Notes: generated by a model from the sequence alone, not told the origin. A stretch of 62,638 nt of DNA from a candidate division WOR-3 bacterium (GCA_965649205.1 CBFGJV010000010.1:23764-86401), one strand, 5' to 3'; shown: positions 1-10,612, counted from the stretch's first letter. Translations and numbers: made by a program.

Positions 1-137
1 CTACCCCCTCTGACGATGACGTTAGACTCACTCGGCGACTAGCAGAGGCAGGGCGAATCCTAGGCATAGCCCTGCTTGACCATATAATTCTTGCCCAAGA
101 TCGCTACTATAGCTTCCGTGAGCACGCTTTACTGTAG
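1..137 (+). CDS. radC: 3' end of RadC (JAB/MPN domain) protein, truncated by the window edge
   Basis: Not in the ORF track. Frame 3 translates TPSDDDVRLTRRLAEAGRILGIALLDHIILAQDRYYSFREHALL*, matching the RadC PSxxD...LGIxLLDHII...YxSF C-terminus; stop TAG at 135-137. Confidence 0.9.
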   Translation, partial: TPSDDDVRLTRRLAEAGRILGIALLDHIILAQDRYYSFREHALL

Positions 138-199
138 GAGAAACAGAATCCGGATGCATATTTTTGTCACCAAACGGCAACACCTACTTGGCAATAGCC

Positions 200-973
200 A
201 TGGACATTCGACGCACAACTGATACCACCGGCATCCCCATAGACAAGGTAGGCATCAAAGGACTTCGCTACCCAATAGTTCTACTCGACAAGGCGAGAAA
301 GCGTCAGCACACAGTAGCGGTCATCAATCTTTACGTATCTCTTCCTCAGACGATACGCGGAACCTATATGGGGCGCTTTGTAGAAATACTGAATCAATAC
401 CATGACGAGATAGATATCCACAAACTTGGAGCCATCCTTCGTGAAGTCAGGCAGCGACTGGAAGCTCAGTCAGCCCACTTGGAGATGGAATTCCCCTATT
501 TTGTGGAAAAGCAGGCCCCCGTGTCGGGTGCAAAGTCACTAATGGACTACCGCTGCTCCATTCAGGCTGACCTCGACGACCGATTCCGCCTTCGCCTGGG
601 AGTTGCGGTACCGGTAGCAACACTTTGTCCGTGTTCAAAAGAGATGCTGGGAACTATGGGCCACAATCAACGCGCAGAAATACGCGCTACAGTGGAACTG
701 CAAGGTTTTCTTTGGATAGAAGACCTCATAGAGATGCTTGAAGATTGTGGCTCCAGCGAAGTCTTCTCCCTGCTCAGCCGCGAAGACGAGAAACATTTGA
801 CCAGCCGGGCGCTGGAACACCCAGCCTTTGTAGAAGATGTCGTCCGCAAGGTCGCCCACAAACTGGAGTCGAGAAAGGAAATCGTTGCCTTCGAGGTGGC
901 GGTAGAGAGCTACGAATCCGTGCATCACCACGAAGCTTACGCCTTTGTAAGCAGACAGAAAGAACAGCCCTGA
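200..973 (+). CDS. folE2: GTP cyclohydrolase IB (FolE2 family), divergent
   Basis: IPIDKVGIKGLRYPI, TLCPCSK, HNQR, DEK, FVEDVVR and ESVHHH motifs. ATG at 200 preferred over TTG at 164. Confidence 0.85.
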   Translation: MDIRRTTDTTGIPIDKVGIKGLRYPIVLLDKARKRQHTVAVINLYVSLPQTIRGTYMGRFVEILNQYHDEIDIHKLGAILREVRQRLEAQSAHLEMEFPYFVEKQAPVSGAKSLMDYRCSIQADLDDRFRLRLGVAVPVATLCPCSKEMLGTMGHNQRAEIRATVELQGFLWIEDLIEMLEDCGSSEVFSLLSREDEKHLTSRALEHPAFVEDVVRKVAHKLESRKEIVAFEVAVESYESVHHHEAYAFVSRQKEQP

Positions 974-982
974 ACGACCCTG

Positions 983-1600
983 ATGAAGAAGGTATTGCTC
1001 ATTGATTGCTACCGGAACAGCTCCAGAGATAAGCTAGACAACTACGTGCGGGCTCTGACGAGCAGAACTGCTGTCACGGTCGAAATAATCAGCTACAAAT
1101 CCATCCGCTCGAAAGCCAGGCTCCTCCAAGCCGCAGACGCAATCGTTATCTCCGGTTCACCCATGATGCTGTCCCAGTGCCGGCAGGTGAAGAAGCTACC
1201 TGACCTTCTCGCTGACCTCGACTGTCCTATACTGGGCATCTGCTTTGGTCACCAGTGTCTTGCCTGGCTCACTGGCACCAAGGTACATCCAGGCCAATTA
1301 ACTGAGGCAAACATACCTATCAGACTGCTGCGAAGTGACCCTCTTTTCGAAAAACTTCCGCCGGAGGTACAAATGTGCGAAAGTCACCGCGAGTTTGTTA
1401 AAAAGGAAGAGGTCGAAATAAACGGCTGGGAAGTTCTTGCCGAGTCAGACAGTTGTCCCGTAGAAGCTATGCGCCACAGGAAAAAACCCTGGTACGGGGT
1501 ACAATTTCATCCCGAACGGTCGGGCGAACAGGGCGAAATCCTCTTGCACAACTTTCTGCGAATTGCTGAGGTGCATCACAAAGCTCGCAAAACGAGCTAG
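983..1600 (+). CDS. Stand-alone class I glutamine amidotransferase (GMP synthase subunit A-like)
   Basis: Catalytic triad motifs ILGICFGHQ and VQFHPE, plus ISGSP. Confidence 0.85.
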   Translation: MKKVLLIDCYRNSSRDKLDNYVRALTSRTAVTVEIISYKSIRSKARLLQAADAIVISGSPMMLSQCRQVKKLPDLLADLDCPILGICFGHQCLAWLTGTKVHPGQLTEANIPIRLLRSDPLFEKLPPEVQMCESHREFVKKEEVEINGWEVLAESDSCPVEAMRHRKKPWYGVQFHPERSGEQGEILLHNFLRIAEVHHKARKTS

Positions 1601-3837
1601 AACGTCTGGCCAAGTTGGAAGTGAGGTTCCCAGCGCCCGCCACCAGCGCGGTCAAAGCCGTATCCTAGGTCAAATCCCAGTCTTCCCAGCATCGGTATCT
1701 CAATGCGCACCCCCACCCCTGCACCCCGCTTCATGTCCGACAGGTTAAGCTGACGAATCGAATTCCACGCATTGCCCGCATCTGCAAAAGCGAGAAACGA
1801 AAGCTGGGGCGAAAGCCTGAGCTTATACTCCAAAGAAAAGACAGCTTCGGCCTGACCGCCTATGTAGTAACCGCCGTCCTTGGGTCCGACACTGCCATCT
1901 GGATACCCGCGTATACCGTCCGGCCCGGTTCCGCCAGGTCGAAAACGTTCATAGAGCGGCACGGTGTCAGACAGCGAGAAACCGGAAATGAAACCCAGAC
2001 GAGTGCGACCCATAACTGCAAACTTCCAGAAAAGAGGGAAATACTGACTGATATCCACCACGTGACGATGAAACCTTATGTCACCGACCGAAATACCAAA
2101 AGAGTAACTGGTAACCGAGCCGGATGTCGCATTGAAGATGTAGTCACGAGAATCTCTGAAAAAAGTAACCACGGGGCTAAGGGCTGTTTTGTGTACGGTA
2201 TCACGGAAAATGTTGTATGGCCCGCGCGGCTTATAGCTGGGACTTATCGACGAGGGGGGAACATAAGCATCAGAAATACGCACTCCAATACTACCACGGG
2301 CGTAGTCCAAAGGCAGCGGCCGGGAAAAGGACACTCCGCCGCCCAACTCCTGCTTGTTGTAGTAGTCGTACGTAGTAGTGAGATACCCCACATCAGCTCC
2401 GGCCGAGACAGGCATATCCAAAAGCCAAGGCTCGGAGAACCCTATCTGGGCATTCGTTCTCTTGCCCCCCTTCTCCACCTTCACGGAAGCAGTCTGGCCG
2501 CGACCGAGTAAATTAGGCTGCTGCAATTCTATGTAACCCGTGACGCCCTCTGACGCGGAGTAGGTAACCCCCGCGCCCACTGTACCAAAAAATTTCTTCT
2601 CTTTCACTCTATAGATCAGATCAATCGAGCCGGCAGAATCGGCAATGCGGTGACTGAGAGAAATATCTTCAAAGTAACCGAGATTAAAAACATCCCTCTG
2701 GCTACGCATCACCTCAGAACGTCTGAAGCGATACCCCGGCAGCGTAGTTATATTCCGCCTTATCACCTTATCCATGGTCTGCTCGTTACCCTCTATCAGC
2801 ACTAGACGGACAAGGGCAGGGCGCCCCTCCACAATGTTATAGGTTATATCCACCGTATCTGCTCTCATCTCCTCAGTTGGAACCACCGAGGCGTAAATGT
2901 ATCCCTCTTCCGAATAAGCGGCATACAGGTCCGCAAGCGTCTGCTGGGCCAGCTTTGCATTGTAACGTGAACCGGGCTTAAATCGCACTATCGCCTCTAA
3001 TCGGTCGCGAGGCAGGACGGAATCACCCACGAAAGTAACAGAACCAAAGTAGTAAGGCTCGCCTTCCTGTAATCTGATGACAATATCAGCCCAGCCCTTG
3101 TCATAGCTGATATCGTAGTCAATTACCCGGCAGTCGAGAAAACCGCGTTCCTTGTAAAAGTCTACAATTCGCTCCAAGTCCTTGGCGAACTCCTCTTCCC
3201 GAAAACGGGCTTTACGGTACCAAGTCTTCTGCCGATTAACCAACTTGATTTCAATCTGCGGGTCCGTGAAACTCTCATTTCCAACTATCTCGATATTACG
3301 GATCCGCACCGGTTCATGCTCTTCAATCTGGTAGGTGAGGACCGCCCATCCGGCAGAATCCGCTGCGGAAAGCACGGGTTCTACCTTGACCAAAAGAAAC
3401 CCCTTCTCCTTGTACATCTGCCTGATTGCTTCCTGCCAGTCGAATACCTTCTTACCCGACAAGACCTCACCGGTCTGTGCCTTTACCTTCGCCTCCAAAT
3501 CCTTCAGACGTACGCGACGATAACCGTTGAACTCAAGCCTCCGCAATCTGGGATACTCCCTGGTTCTGAAGCTGACGCTCACTCCGTCAGAAACGATGGA
3601 TGTGTCGACCGCTACCTGCGAAAACAAACCGAGCTCATAGATGCGACGGACCGCGTCAGCAAGTTCCGTGCGCAAACGTGCCGGCGTATATTCCTGACCA
3701 ACCACAAGCCCGGCCGTGCGCACAACAAGACCGGAATCAGCAGTCTGAGTGGATGCGGCAACCCTGACAAGCACGAGTTTTTCCCTGCCCCCCGGGTCCA
3801 CCGAAGTCAAAGCCGCAAACAGCAGGAGAAAAATCAT
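1597..3837 (-). CDS. bamA: Outer membrane protein assembly factor BamA
   Basis: Signal peptide, repeated POTRA motifs (YKEKGF, YKERGF, YSEEGY, FNLGYF), IRGY motif and C-terminal FQLGQTF beta-signal. Confidence 0.95.
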   Translation of the reverse strand: MIFLLLFAALTSVDPGGREKLVLVRVAASTQTADSGLVVRTAGLVVGQEYTPARLRTELADAVRRIYELGLFSQVAVDTSIVSDGVSVSFRTREYPRLRRLEFNGYRRVRLKDLEAKVKAQTGEVLSGKKVFDWQEAIRQMYKEKGFLLVKVEPVLSAADSAGWAVLTYQIEEHEPVRIRNIEIVGNESFTDPQIEIKLVNRQKTWYRKARFREEEFAKDLERIVDFYKERGFLDCRVIDYDISYDKGWADIVIRLQEGEPYYFGSVTFVGDSVLPRDRLEAIVRFKPGSRYNAKLAQQTLADLYAAYSEEGYIYASVVPTEEMRADTVDITYNIVEGRPALVRLVLIEGNEQTMDKVIRRNITTLPGYRFRRSEVMRSQRDVFNLGYFEDISLSHRIADSAGSIDLIYRVKEKKFFGTVGAGVTYSASEGVTGYIELQQPNLLGRGQTASVKVEKGGKRTNAQIGFSEPWLLDMPVSAGADVGYLTTTYDYYNKQELGGGVSFSRPLPLDYARGSIGVRISDAYVPPSSISPSYKPRGPYNIFRDTVHKTALSPVVTFFRDSRDYIFNATSGSVTSYSFGISVGDIRFHRHVVDISQYFPLFWKFAVMGRTRLGFISGFSLSDTVPLYERFRPGGTGPDGIRGYPDGSVGPKDGGYYIGGQAEAVFSLEYKLRLSPQLSFLAFADAGNAWNSIRQLNLSDMKRGAGVGVRIEIPMLGRLGFDLGYGFDRAGGGRWEPHFQLGQTF

Positions 3838-6341
3838 TCAGCCGAGCCTGCGTCCTTTCTGTCCGCACCATCCAGAGGACGCAAGCTGTCATCGGAATGA
3901 CCGACTTCTTCCCCGCCTGCTTCTGTTACATCCTCAGCACTACGGAACACCAGCCGGTCAGCGTCCCTGTCGACCAAAATAGACGTACCCGGTTTGAAGC
4001 GGTTGCGAAGCAACTCCTCAGCCAGAGGGTCTTCCAGGAGACGCCTCAGGGCACGTTTGATAGGTCTGGCGCCAAACTGGGGGTCGAAACCTTCTTGCAC
4101 CAACAACTCCTTAGCAGCAGGGGTCAGTTGGAGCTTCAGCTTCTTGTCCCGCAGACGCTCAGCCAGGTCTCCCAACTGGATGTCAACAATCGCCTCCATT
4201 TGACTCTTATCCAGCGGCCGGAAGACTATCACTTCGTCAACACGATTGAGAAATTCTGGCCGGAAGAAACGTTTTACCTCAGTCATGACTTTATCCCGAA
4301 TCAACTCGTAGTTAGCCTCTTCTCCGCCTGCCTTGAAACCGAAAACAGAGGCGCCGCGAATTTCCGTGGAAGCGATATTCGAAGTCATTATTATGACCGT
4401 GTTCTTAAAACTCACGCGCCGCCCCAGGGAATCTGTGACCTGTCCGTCATCCAGTATCTGCAATAGGATATTGAACACATCAGGGTGAGCCTTTTCTATT
4501 TCGTCAAATAATACCACCGAGTATTGCTTACGCCGCACCTTCTCCGTCAACTGCCCGCCCTCTTCATAGCCAACATATCCCGGGGGAGCACCCACCAGCC
4601 GCGAAACATTGAATTTCTCCATGTATTCAGACATATCAAACCGGAGCAGCGCATCCTCATCGCCAAAGAGAAACAGAGCCAGCACGCGCGCGAGTTCCGT
4701 CTTTCCCACACCGGTGGGACCGAGAAAGATAAAGGACCCGATTGGACGCCGCGGATCTTTCACTCCCGCCCGGGAACGGCGTATCGCCTTGGCAATAGCA
4801 ATGATAGCCTGATCCTGTCCCACAATGCGTTTGCGCAATTCATCTTCCATCCGCAACAGACGCGCGGATTCACTTTCCTCCAGTTTGGAAAGCGGAATGG
4901 AGGTCCACGCGGAAACTACGTAGGCGACGTCCTCTTCAGTAACTACAGGAAAACTGCCTTTCTTCTCCCATTCCTTGCGTTTTCGCCTCAGATATTCAAT
5001 CAGCTTCTTCTGTTCATCACGCAGCTCCGCCGCCTTTTCAAACTCCTGCTGCCGGACAGCATCTTCTTTGGCTGCATTCAGTTTCTCGATGCGACGTTCT
5101 ATTTCGTCCAGCTCCGGATTTATCACTGGCCGCAGCAGCTTGACTCGAGAACCCGCCTCGTCAATCACATCTATTGCCTTGTCGGGCAGGAAACGGTCTG
5201 TGATGTAGCGGTCTGCCAGATACGCAGCAGCTTCCAGAGCCGCATCTGTGTAAGCAACATTGTGGTGGAGTTCGTACTTTTCCTTCAGCCCCTTGAGTAT
5301 ACTGACGGTCTGGGCAACGTTGGGTGGCTCCACCAGTATTTTCTGGAACCGGCGTTCGAGAGCCGAGTGTTTTTCTATGTACTTGCGGTATTCCTCCAGG
5401 GTAGTAGCGCCAATAGCCTGAATTTCTCCCCTGGCCAGCGCCGGCTTTAGTATACTGGAGGCATCCAGTGCTCCCTCGGCCGCACCCGCACCTACAATTG
5501 TGTGGAGTTCGTCAATAAAGATTATGCATTCCGGGTGCTGCTGGAGCTCATTAAGGATAGACTTGAGTCTTTCCTCAAATTGACCTCGGTACTTGGTGCC
5601 TGCCACGATAGCGGCCATATCCAGTGCCAACACCCGACGATTCTTCAACACGCTAGGCACACGGCCTGTGACAATGCGTTGCGCCAATCCTTCCACTATG
5701 GCAGTCTTGCCCACTCCGGCTTCGCCTATCAAAACCGGGTTATTCTTCTTCCTCCGGGCAAGTATTTGTATTACCCGTTCTATCTCAAGCTCTCTGCCGA
5801 TTATGGGGTCCAGCTTGTCTTCCCTGGCTAACTGAGTGAGATCGCGAGAGAAATAGTCAAGTGCAGGGGTCTTGGAGCGGGAACGAGACGGTTGACCACT
5901 CTTCGTCCCCCCTAGTAACCGCAGTGTTTCGGCTCGGACCATCTCGATATCTACGCCCAAAGACTGCAGTACTTGACAGGCAAGTCCACGCTCCTCACGT
6001 AAGAGACCCAATAAGAGGTGCTCTGTGCCAATGTAGGTATGATTCATCTTGCGCGCTTCGTCCAGAGAATAGTTAATGCTGGAACGCGCTTCCTGATTTA
6101 GCGGCACCTCTCCTAGAACTAGAGTCTCAGAGCCGGCCGGCACCACATTCTCCACTGCCCTCCGCAGGTCATCCAGGTTGATACCCAAATTCGTCAGCAC
6201 CGTCGCCGCTACTCCCTCACCTTCTTTTACGAGTCCAAGAAGAAGATGCTCAGTCCCGATGTAGTCGTGATGAAGCCTAATTGCTTCTTCGCGGGCAAGG
6301 TTTATTACCTTTCTAACTCTTTCGGTAAAGCGTTCTTGCAT
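3834..6341 (-). CDS. clpC: ATP-dependent Clp protease ATP-binding subunit ClpC
   Basis: Two Clp_N repeats (IGTEHLLLG), Walker A motifs GEAGVGKT and [11 protein letters not shown] coiled coil ([11 protein letters not shown]) and GAPPGYVGY. Confidence 0.97.
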   Translation of the reverse strand: MQERFTERVRKVINLAREEAIRLHHDYIGTEHLLLGLVKEGEGVAATVLTNLGINLDDLRRAVENVVPAGSETLVLGEVPLNQEARSSINYSLDEARKMNHTYIGTEHLLLGLLREERGLACQVLQSLGVDIEMVRAETLRLLGGTKSGQPSRSRSKTPALDYFSRDLTQLAREDKLDPIIGRELEIERVIQILARRKKNNPVLIGEAGVGKTAIVEGLAQRIVTGRVPSVLKNRRVLALDMAAIVAGTKYRGQFEERLKSILNELQQHPECIIFIDELHTIVGAGAAEGALDASSILKPALARGEIQAIGATTLEEYRKYIEKHSALERRFQKILVEPPNVAQTVSILKGLKEKYELHHNVAYTDAALEAAAYLADRYITDRFLPDKAIDVIDEAGSRVKLLRPVINPELDEIERRIEKLNAAKEDAVRQQEFEKAAELRDEQKKLIEYLRRKRKEWEKKGSFPVVTEEDVAYVVSAWTSIPLSKLEESESARLLRMEDELRKRIVGQDQAIIAIAKAIRRSRAGVKDPRRPIGSFIFLGPTGVGKTELARVLALFLFGDEDALLRFDMSEYMEKFNVSRLVGAPPGYVGYEEGGQLTEKVRRKQYSVVLFDEIEKAHPDVFNILLQILDDGQVTDSLGRRVSFKNTVIIMTSNIASTEIRGASVFGFKAGGEEANYELIRDKVMTEVKRFFRPEFLNRVDEVIVFRPLDKSQMEAIVDIQLGDLAERLRDKKLKLQLTPAAKELLVQEGFDPQFGARPIKRALRRLLEDPLAEELLRNRFKPGTSILVDRDADRLVFRSAEDVTEAGGEEVGHSDDSLRPLDGADRKDAGSAE

Positions 6342-6349
6342 ACTTTAAA

Positions 6350-6377
6350 AGTTTAACGAGCAGACCGGAACTGTCAA
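6350..6377 (-). promoter_or_regulatory. Sigma70-type promoter for clpC-bamA
   Basis: Minus strand TTGACA-N16-TAAACT, 8 nt before the clpC ATG; no Shine-Dalgarno (SD). Confidence 0.65.
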
Positions 6378-6481
6378 ACTTGCATCGGTCCTGCATAGGT
6401 GATTCTGGTTACTTGTAATTACACAGGCAAAAGTCGTTTTTCTTGTTCGATCTCTAACACCCATGGCTTTTCTCTTCAGAA

Positions 6482-9400
6482 TCAGAAATAGGCCCGCAAT
6501 TCCGCTGACAAAGTGTGTTCGGCTGGCCGGTCAGGTCTATTCTGAAAGCGATAACGAAAGACCGCACTCAAGATGCTAGACAGCATTTCGTTGGCCTCCA
6601 CCTCAAAACTGGGGACGAGCCCGAGCGGTCTGGTAAGAGCAACTTCGTACGGCAACTGAGAGACAGACGCAGTATTCCAGACTAGTCCGGCGTTACCGGA
6701 CACCTTGGTACTTTGCCCGAAAGTAAAGGTCCGGGTTAGCGAGACCGACCTCGTCTGAAAGCGGAATTGGCCCAGCCCGGGGTAGTACAAGGGGGCACTC
6801 ATCTTCAGCCGTTCCAAATGCACTGTAGTCTCGAGATCCAGCCCCAATCTTATTATCGGCAGCAATTCCATTCTCCAGCCTTGTTCCGTCCATTCAATCT
6901 GACCGCCGGTCAAACGACGGATATGACTGACGTTGGTAACCCTTGCCCTGCTATCCAGCCCTGGCAGGTAATCCGTCTCCAACTCGCAATAGTATTCCTG
7001 TCTATCGTTAATCTTCCCCGTTACCGCCAACGTCCGGTCCTGACTGCGGCTTCCGCTACTTCCGAGGAAAATCGTAAAACGCGGCTCCCACTGTTTGAGA
7101 ACAATACGCATATTGTGTGTCAACTGCTCAGCGAGTAACACAGTGTCCACGGTGTTGCGCAAGAAAATTGAACCAGAAAGCAACACCGCCTGGACCGGCA
7201 GAAATTCAAGTCCGCCAACCAGATTTTGCTCTCGACAGACTGCGTAGGCGTTCTTGATGATGAGGACGCGTTCGTAATCGCCGTTTACATCGGCGTAGTA
7301 TCTGCCTGTTGCCGAATCGCGAGAAAAGCCACCCTTCCCCGGGCCCACGTACCTGAAAACCTCATCTTTGAGCTGCACTTGACGGTAAGAACGATCAAAA
7401 TCCACCGAAGCCTTGGCGCGAGGCCACAGGTTTGCATTACCGCTCAGGCTTCCTAGCCACTGTGTCCAATCCTTATCCGGTTCGGTAAAGTACTGTCGGC
7501 TCTGCTTGGCGACTTTTCCCGCCAGCGAGACATTCTCCAGCGGCTGCCAATCAGTAGCCGCCTGAAGCAATATACCTGCCTGTTCCCCAGCTAAACCAGA
7601 ATTACTTCTCTCCCTTAGATTTTCGTAATGTGAACCGAAGCCCGCCATAAAATTGTCGCGCAACCTAAAGTCCACATCCACACCAGCCTTTCCTATCTGC
7701 TGACTAGGATTGAGCTGCATGTGCGAACTCAACGCCGGCGTAACTTTCCATACCCTGGGTGTTAGCGACAACATATACCTTGACTCTTTTCCCGCTCTAG
7801 CCGCCTCACCCGCAAACCATCCCCAGCGTGCGTGCAGCCTGGACCGTTTGGCACCCGCCGAGTTTGCTCTATTCAGAATCCCCGCCTCTGCTGTAAGCTG
7901 CACGTCACGAAAAGGCCGAGCCTCCAGGAGAAGCTCATTTGTTGCGCGTACGCTATCTTTATCCGTACCGCCCCAGCGGTAGCGAAAGTCGACAATAGAA
8001 TCCTGTCCCGGCAGGACAAATCCCTGCCCCTGCAAAAAACCCAAGTAAGTCAGGCTCAAAAAACTGTTGCTCCATCCTACCTCGGCTACTGCCGCGCCGC
8101 GGCTGGACGTTGCGCCATCTGCAGAGAACAGATTAAGTGCCCGACGTAGAAATAGACCGCTGGTGCTGACCCGGAAGGTAGAGCTTGAGGCTTTGACACC
8201 TGCTGAAACAAATTCGTGGCGTTCAGGCAGCACTATTCGCTTCTTCGCCACGTATTCGCCTTTCCCTGGGCCGACGTAGCGGTAGGCAAACAGGGTATCA
8301 TCATACACATAATCACCCCGCGAGTCGCCAACAAAAGTAAAGGTAACGCTAAAATCCCCTTTTCTTTCCCCTCTGAAGGCAAAGAACCCGCTGCTGTCTC
8401 TTACGTAGTTGCCATTCCCCGCGCCCACGAATACAGCTCCGTCCAACCACGCTCTGGATGTATCTGCCCCTATGTTCGCAAGGTAAGCTTTCTGCTCCTC
8501 GGTTATATCCTCGCCCCGCAGTCTATCCGGGTTATCTCCTTCCCGGAATATGGTTGCATTCATATTCAGTGGCCCCAGTTTCGCCTCCGCCTCTGTCGCT
8601 ATACCCTGACGCTCGTACTGTTGCTCCGCGTATTGAAAAAAAGCCTCTATGCGAGAGTCAGCGCTGATCAGCCTGCGGTTGGTAAACACCACTGCCCCAG
8701 TTGTGTAATCAATCGTATAGTCTGCGTCCCAGCCTCGAGTTAGCAGAACACCATCAAGATATACCCGCTCGCTCCCAGGAACTATTTGCAAAACCTGGCC
8801 ATTCCAGGAAAGAATATAAGGCCCCTGCACACCGTCTCTGCCAGCCAGGTTCACCCTGCCAAATTTGCCCCGCGGCTGGGCATAAGTCAGCTCAAACTTA
8901 ACTGGGTCAGGCTCTAACACCAACATTGCCCCCACCGTCCTGCGTTCAATTCTGCCCAGCCCTCCTGTTCCTAATGCCAAGTCCACGTCTCCAAACCTGC
9001 CCTGCCATTTTTTTCCCGCGAGCCTGATGACTATTCTGTCAAGCTCCTCTATTTCTTTGGTCGTACCTTCAGCGGGTATGTCGGTGTTCTGATCTGTTAT
9101 TTCGGCCTCGATTGTCACTCCTTCAAGCGCTCCCCCCACACTCAAACGGGTGGATTGAGTTATACCGGGGCCGGACTGTGTTCCTATGTTCACCCCCAGG
9201 GTCTTAGCCCCGGTTACGAGAAGCTGATTCTCTCCAGAGCTTGTGCTATCTATATCATCTACCCGAGTGTAGTTGGCACTGACACTCTTCTCCGCTGCCG
9301 CGCCACCCGCTGTCGACTCAGGCGAATACAATCTATATTGCGCAGCCACGGAAAACGGAATATAGCGATAAGTGATACGCACCGTAGAAGCAGACTCCAC

Positions 9401-9664
9401 AGGGAAGAAAAACTCCAAGGTACCCTGCAGGTAATCCAGAGTGTAACCGGAATCCACCAGCGTTCCGTTGATCCTGACCGTATCACTTCCCACGACCACC
9501 AGCCGGTGATGAAGTTTGAAGACTTTGGTGTCCCCGTTGACCAAAAACACACTCTCTCCTCTAATCCCCACTGGCCTAATCAAGGAGTCAGATGCATGCG
9601 CAGTACCAATTGGACCTGCCTTCCAGCCAGCCATCATTTCCAACAGCAATAAGAACGGGAACAA
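6482..9664 (-). CDS. Large hypothetical outer-membrane protein (probable beta-barrel) with SprA-like motifs
   Basis: 1060 aa with a hydrophobic N-terminus and C-terminal AELRAYF. Two GSxxVxxxGxxLxxGxxYxxDYxxGxxxF-like motifs and four [FY]VGxxxG repeats. Confidence 0.6.
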   Translation of the reverse strand: MFPFLLLLEMMAGWKAGPIGTAHASDSLIRPVGIRGESVFLVNGDTKVFKLHHRLVVVGSDTVRINGTLVDSGYTLDYLQGTLEFFFPVESASTVRITYRYIPFSVAAQYRLYSPESTAGGAAAEKSVSANYTRVDDIDSTSSGENQLLVTGAKTLGVNIGTQSGPGITQSTRLSVGGALEGVTIEAEITDQNTDIPAEGTTKEIEELDRIVIRLAGKKWQGRFGDVDLALGTGGLGRIERRTVGAMLVLEPDPVKFELTYAQPRGKFGRVNLAGRDGVQGPYILSWNGQVLQIVPGSERVYLDGVLLTRGWDADYTIDYTTGAVVFTNRRLISADSRIEAFFQYAEQQYERQGIATEAEAKLGPLNMNATIFREGDNPDRLRGEDITEEQKAYLANIGADTSRAWLDGAVFVGAGNGNYVRDSSGFFAFRGERKGDFSVTFTFVGDSRGDYVYDDTLFAYRYVGPGKGEYVAKKRIVLPERHEFVSAGVKASSSTFRVSTSGLFLRRALNLFSADGATSSRGAAVAEVGWSNSFLSLTYLGFLQGQGFVLPGQDSIVDFRYRWGGTDKDSVRATNELLLEARPFRDVQLTAEAGILNRANSAGAKRSRLHARWGWFAGEAARAGKESRYMLSLTPRVWKVTPALSSHMQLNPSQQIGKAGVDVDFRLRDNFMAGFGSHYENLRERSNSGLAGEQAGILLQAATDWQPLENVSLAGKVAKQSRQYFTEPDKDWTQWLGSLSGNANLWPRAKASVDFDRSYRQVQLKDEVFRYVGPGKGGFSRDSATGRYYADVNGDYERVLIIKNAYAVCREQNLVGGLEFLPVQAVLLSGSIFLRNTVDTVLLAEQLTHNMRIVLKQWEPRFTIFLGSSGSRSQDRTLAVTGKINDRQEYYCELETDYLPGLDSRARVTNVSHIRRLTGGQIEWTEQGWRMELLPIIRLGLDLETTVHLERLKMSAPLYYPGLGQFRFQTRSVSLTRTFTFGQSTKVSGNAGLVWNTASVSQLPYEVALTRPLGLVPSFEVEANEMLSSILSAVFRYRFQNRPDRPAEHTLSAELRAYF

Positions 9665-9689
9665 AGTCTCGCGGTTCCTTGTCGGTAAT

Positions 9690-10508
9690 TTAATGCAGAT
9701 AATACAAAAGAACCGACCTCAAGTCTGCATCAAGAATAACAAGCCGACCTGCAACTACTGCCATGTCCCTCACCCCAGTAGCGCCTTCCAGTTCGTAGCG
9801 ACGCAGTCGACCGGCTGCGAAAACAGTTACACTGTTAGTACCAAACCCGGCTAGGTATATATTTTGTCCGTCGCTAGAAAGCAAATCGTATTCTCCAGTC
9901 AGAGGGGTCTTGTCTGTAATCACACCTACGCGATTAAAATAGACCAGCCTACTTCCGGCATCCAGCACGCAAAATCTGTGGTCAACAAGGGAAACAAGAG
10001 GCCCGGGACGACTCACAGAAGTAGCATCCAGAAATCTACGGGACTCCCCAAACAATCCCTTGTACCAGATTGCTTTCCTTTCCCCATCGCTTACCAGTAA
10101 TTCGCCGGGCGCGAAACTGGCCAGCCCGCTAACTCTGATTCTGGACAACCAGGGTGTTAGTTTCAGTTCGTGCTTCTGCATACGATAGAGGACCTGCTCG
10201 TCGTAAACGTAGTAATAGAACCTGTCCGCCCCCACCCCTCTAGGCTCAGGTAATCTTTCTTCTAGAATGATACTCTCTCTGAAAAACAGTAAGGAGTCCA
10301 AGAGCAGTATCCTACCGCCAGACGCCTCCAGCACTACCAATCTATTTTGGTCTGCGCAGATGGCAGCCACAGGATTCACAAGCTTGACCACCGTAACCGG
10401 CTGTGCGGAAGGACTCTTTGTCTGTCCAAAACTTACCCTTCCTGCTGTACAGCCCATACAGTACAGGACTGCGATAACCGGAGGCCAAAAATGAACACGC
10501 GTCCACAT
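9690..10508 (-). CDS. Hypothetical lipoprotein, probable beta-propeller (NHL-like)
   Basis: Lipobox-like LYCMGC and propeller-blade motifs (EPRGVGAD, LLVSD, RPGPL). Co-oriented 25 nt upstream of the large OMP gene. Confidence 0.6.
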   Translation of the reverse strand: MWTRVHFWPPVIAVLYCMGCTAGRVSFGQTKSPSAQPVTVVKLVNPVAAICADQNRLVVLEASGGRILLLDSLLFFRESIILEERLPEPRGVGADRFYYYVYDEQVLYRMQKHELKLTPWLSRIRVSGLASFAPGELLVSDGERKAIWYKGLFGESRRFLDATSVSRPGPLVSLVDHRFCVLDAGSRLVYFNRVGVITDKTPLTGEYDLLSSDGQNIYLAGFGTNSVTVFAAGRLRRYELEGATGVRDMAVVAGRLVILDADLRSVLLYYLH

Positions 10509-10518
10509 GAAGAACACT

Positions 10519-10546
10519 ATTCTTGTCCACCCAACTAACTTGTCAA
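10519..10546 (-). promoter_or_regulatory. Sigma70-type promoter for the lipoprotein/OMP operon
   Basis: TTGACA-N16-AAGAAT, 10 nt before ATG 10508. Confidence 0.5.
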
Positions 10547-10563
10547 TACCGACGTTTTCATCG

Positions 10564-10591
10564 TTGACTCAATGCCCCTACCCGATAAGCT
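10564..10591 (+). promoter_or_regulatory. Sigma70-type promoter, divergent from the previous one
   Basis: TTGACT-N16-TAAGCT upstream of ATG 10613. Confidence 0.55.
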
Positions 10592-10612
10592 TTCTAGTGA
10601 CGAAAGGTTAGG

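Noticed and set aside
4524..5450. 308-aa plus-strand ORF and many other 60-200 aa ORFs antisense to or nested in long genes
   Set aside because: Shadow frames of well-supported genes (here clpC), with no recognisable motifs.
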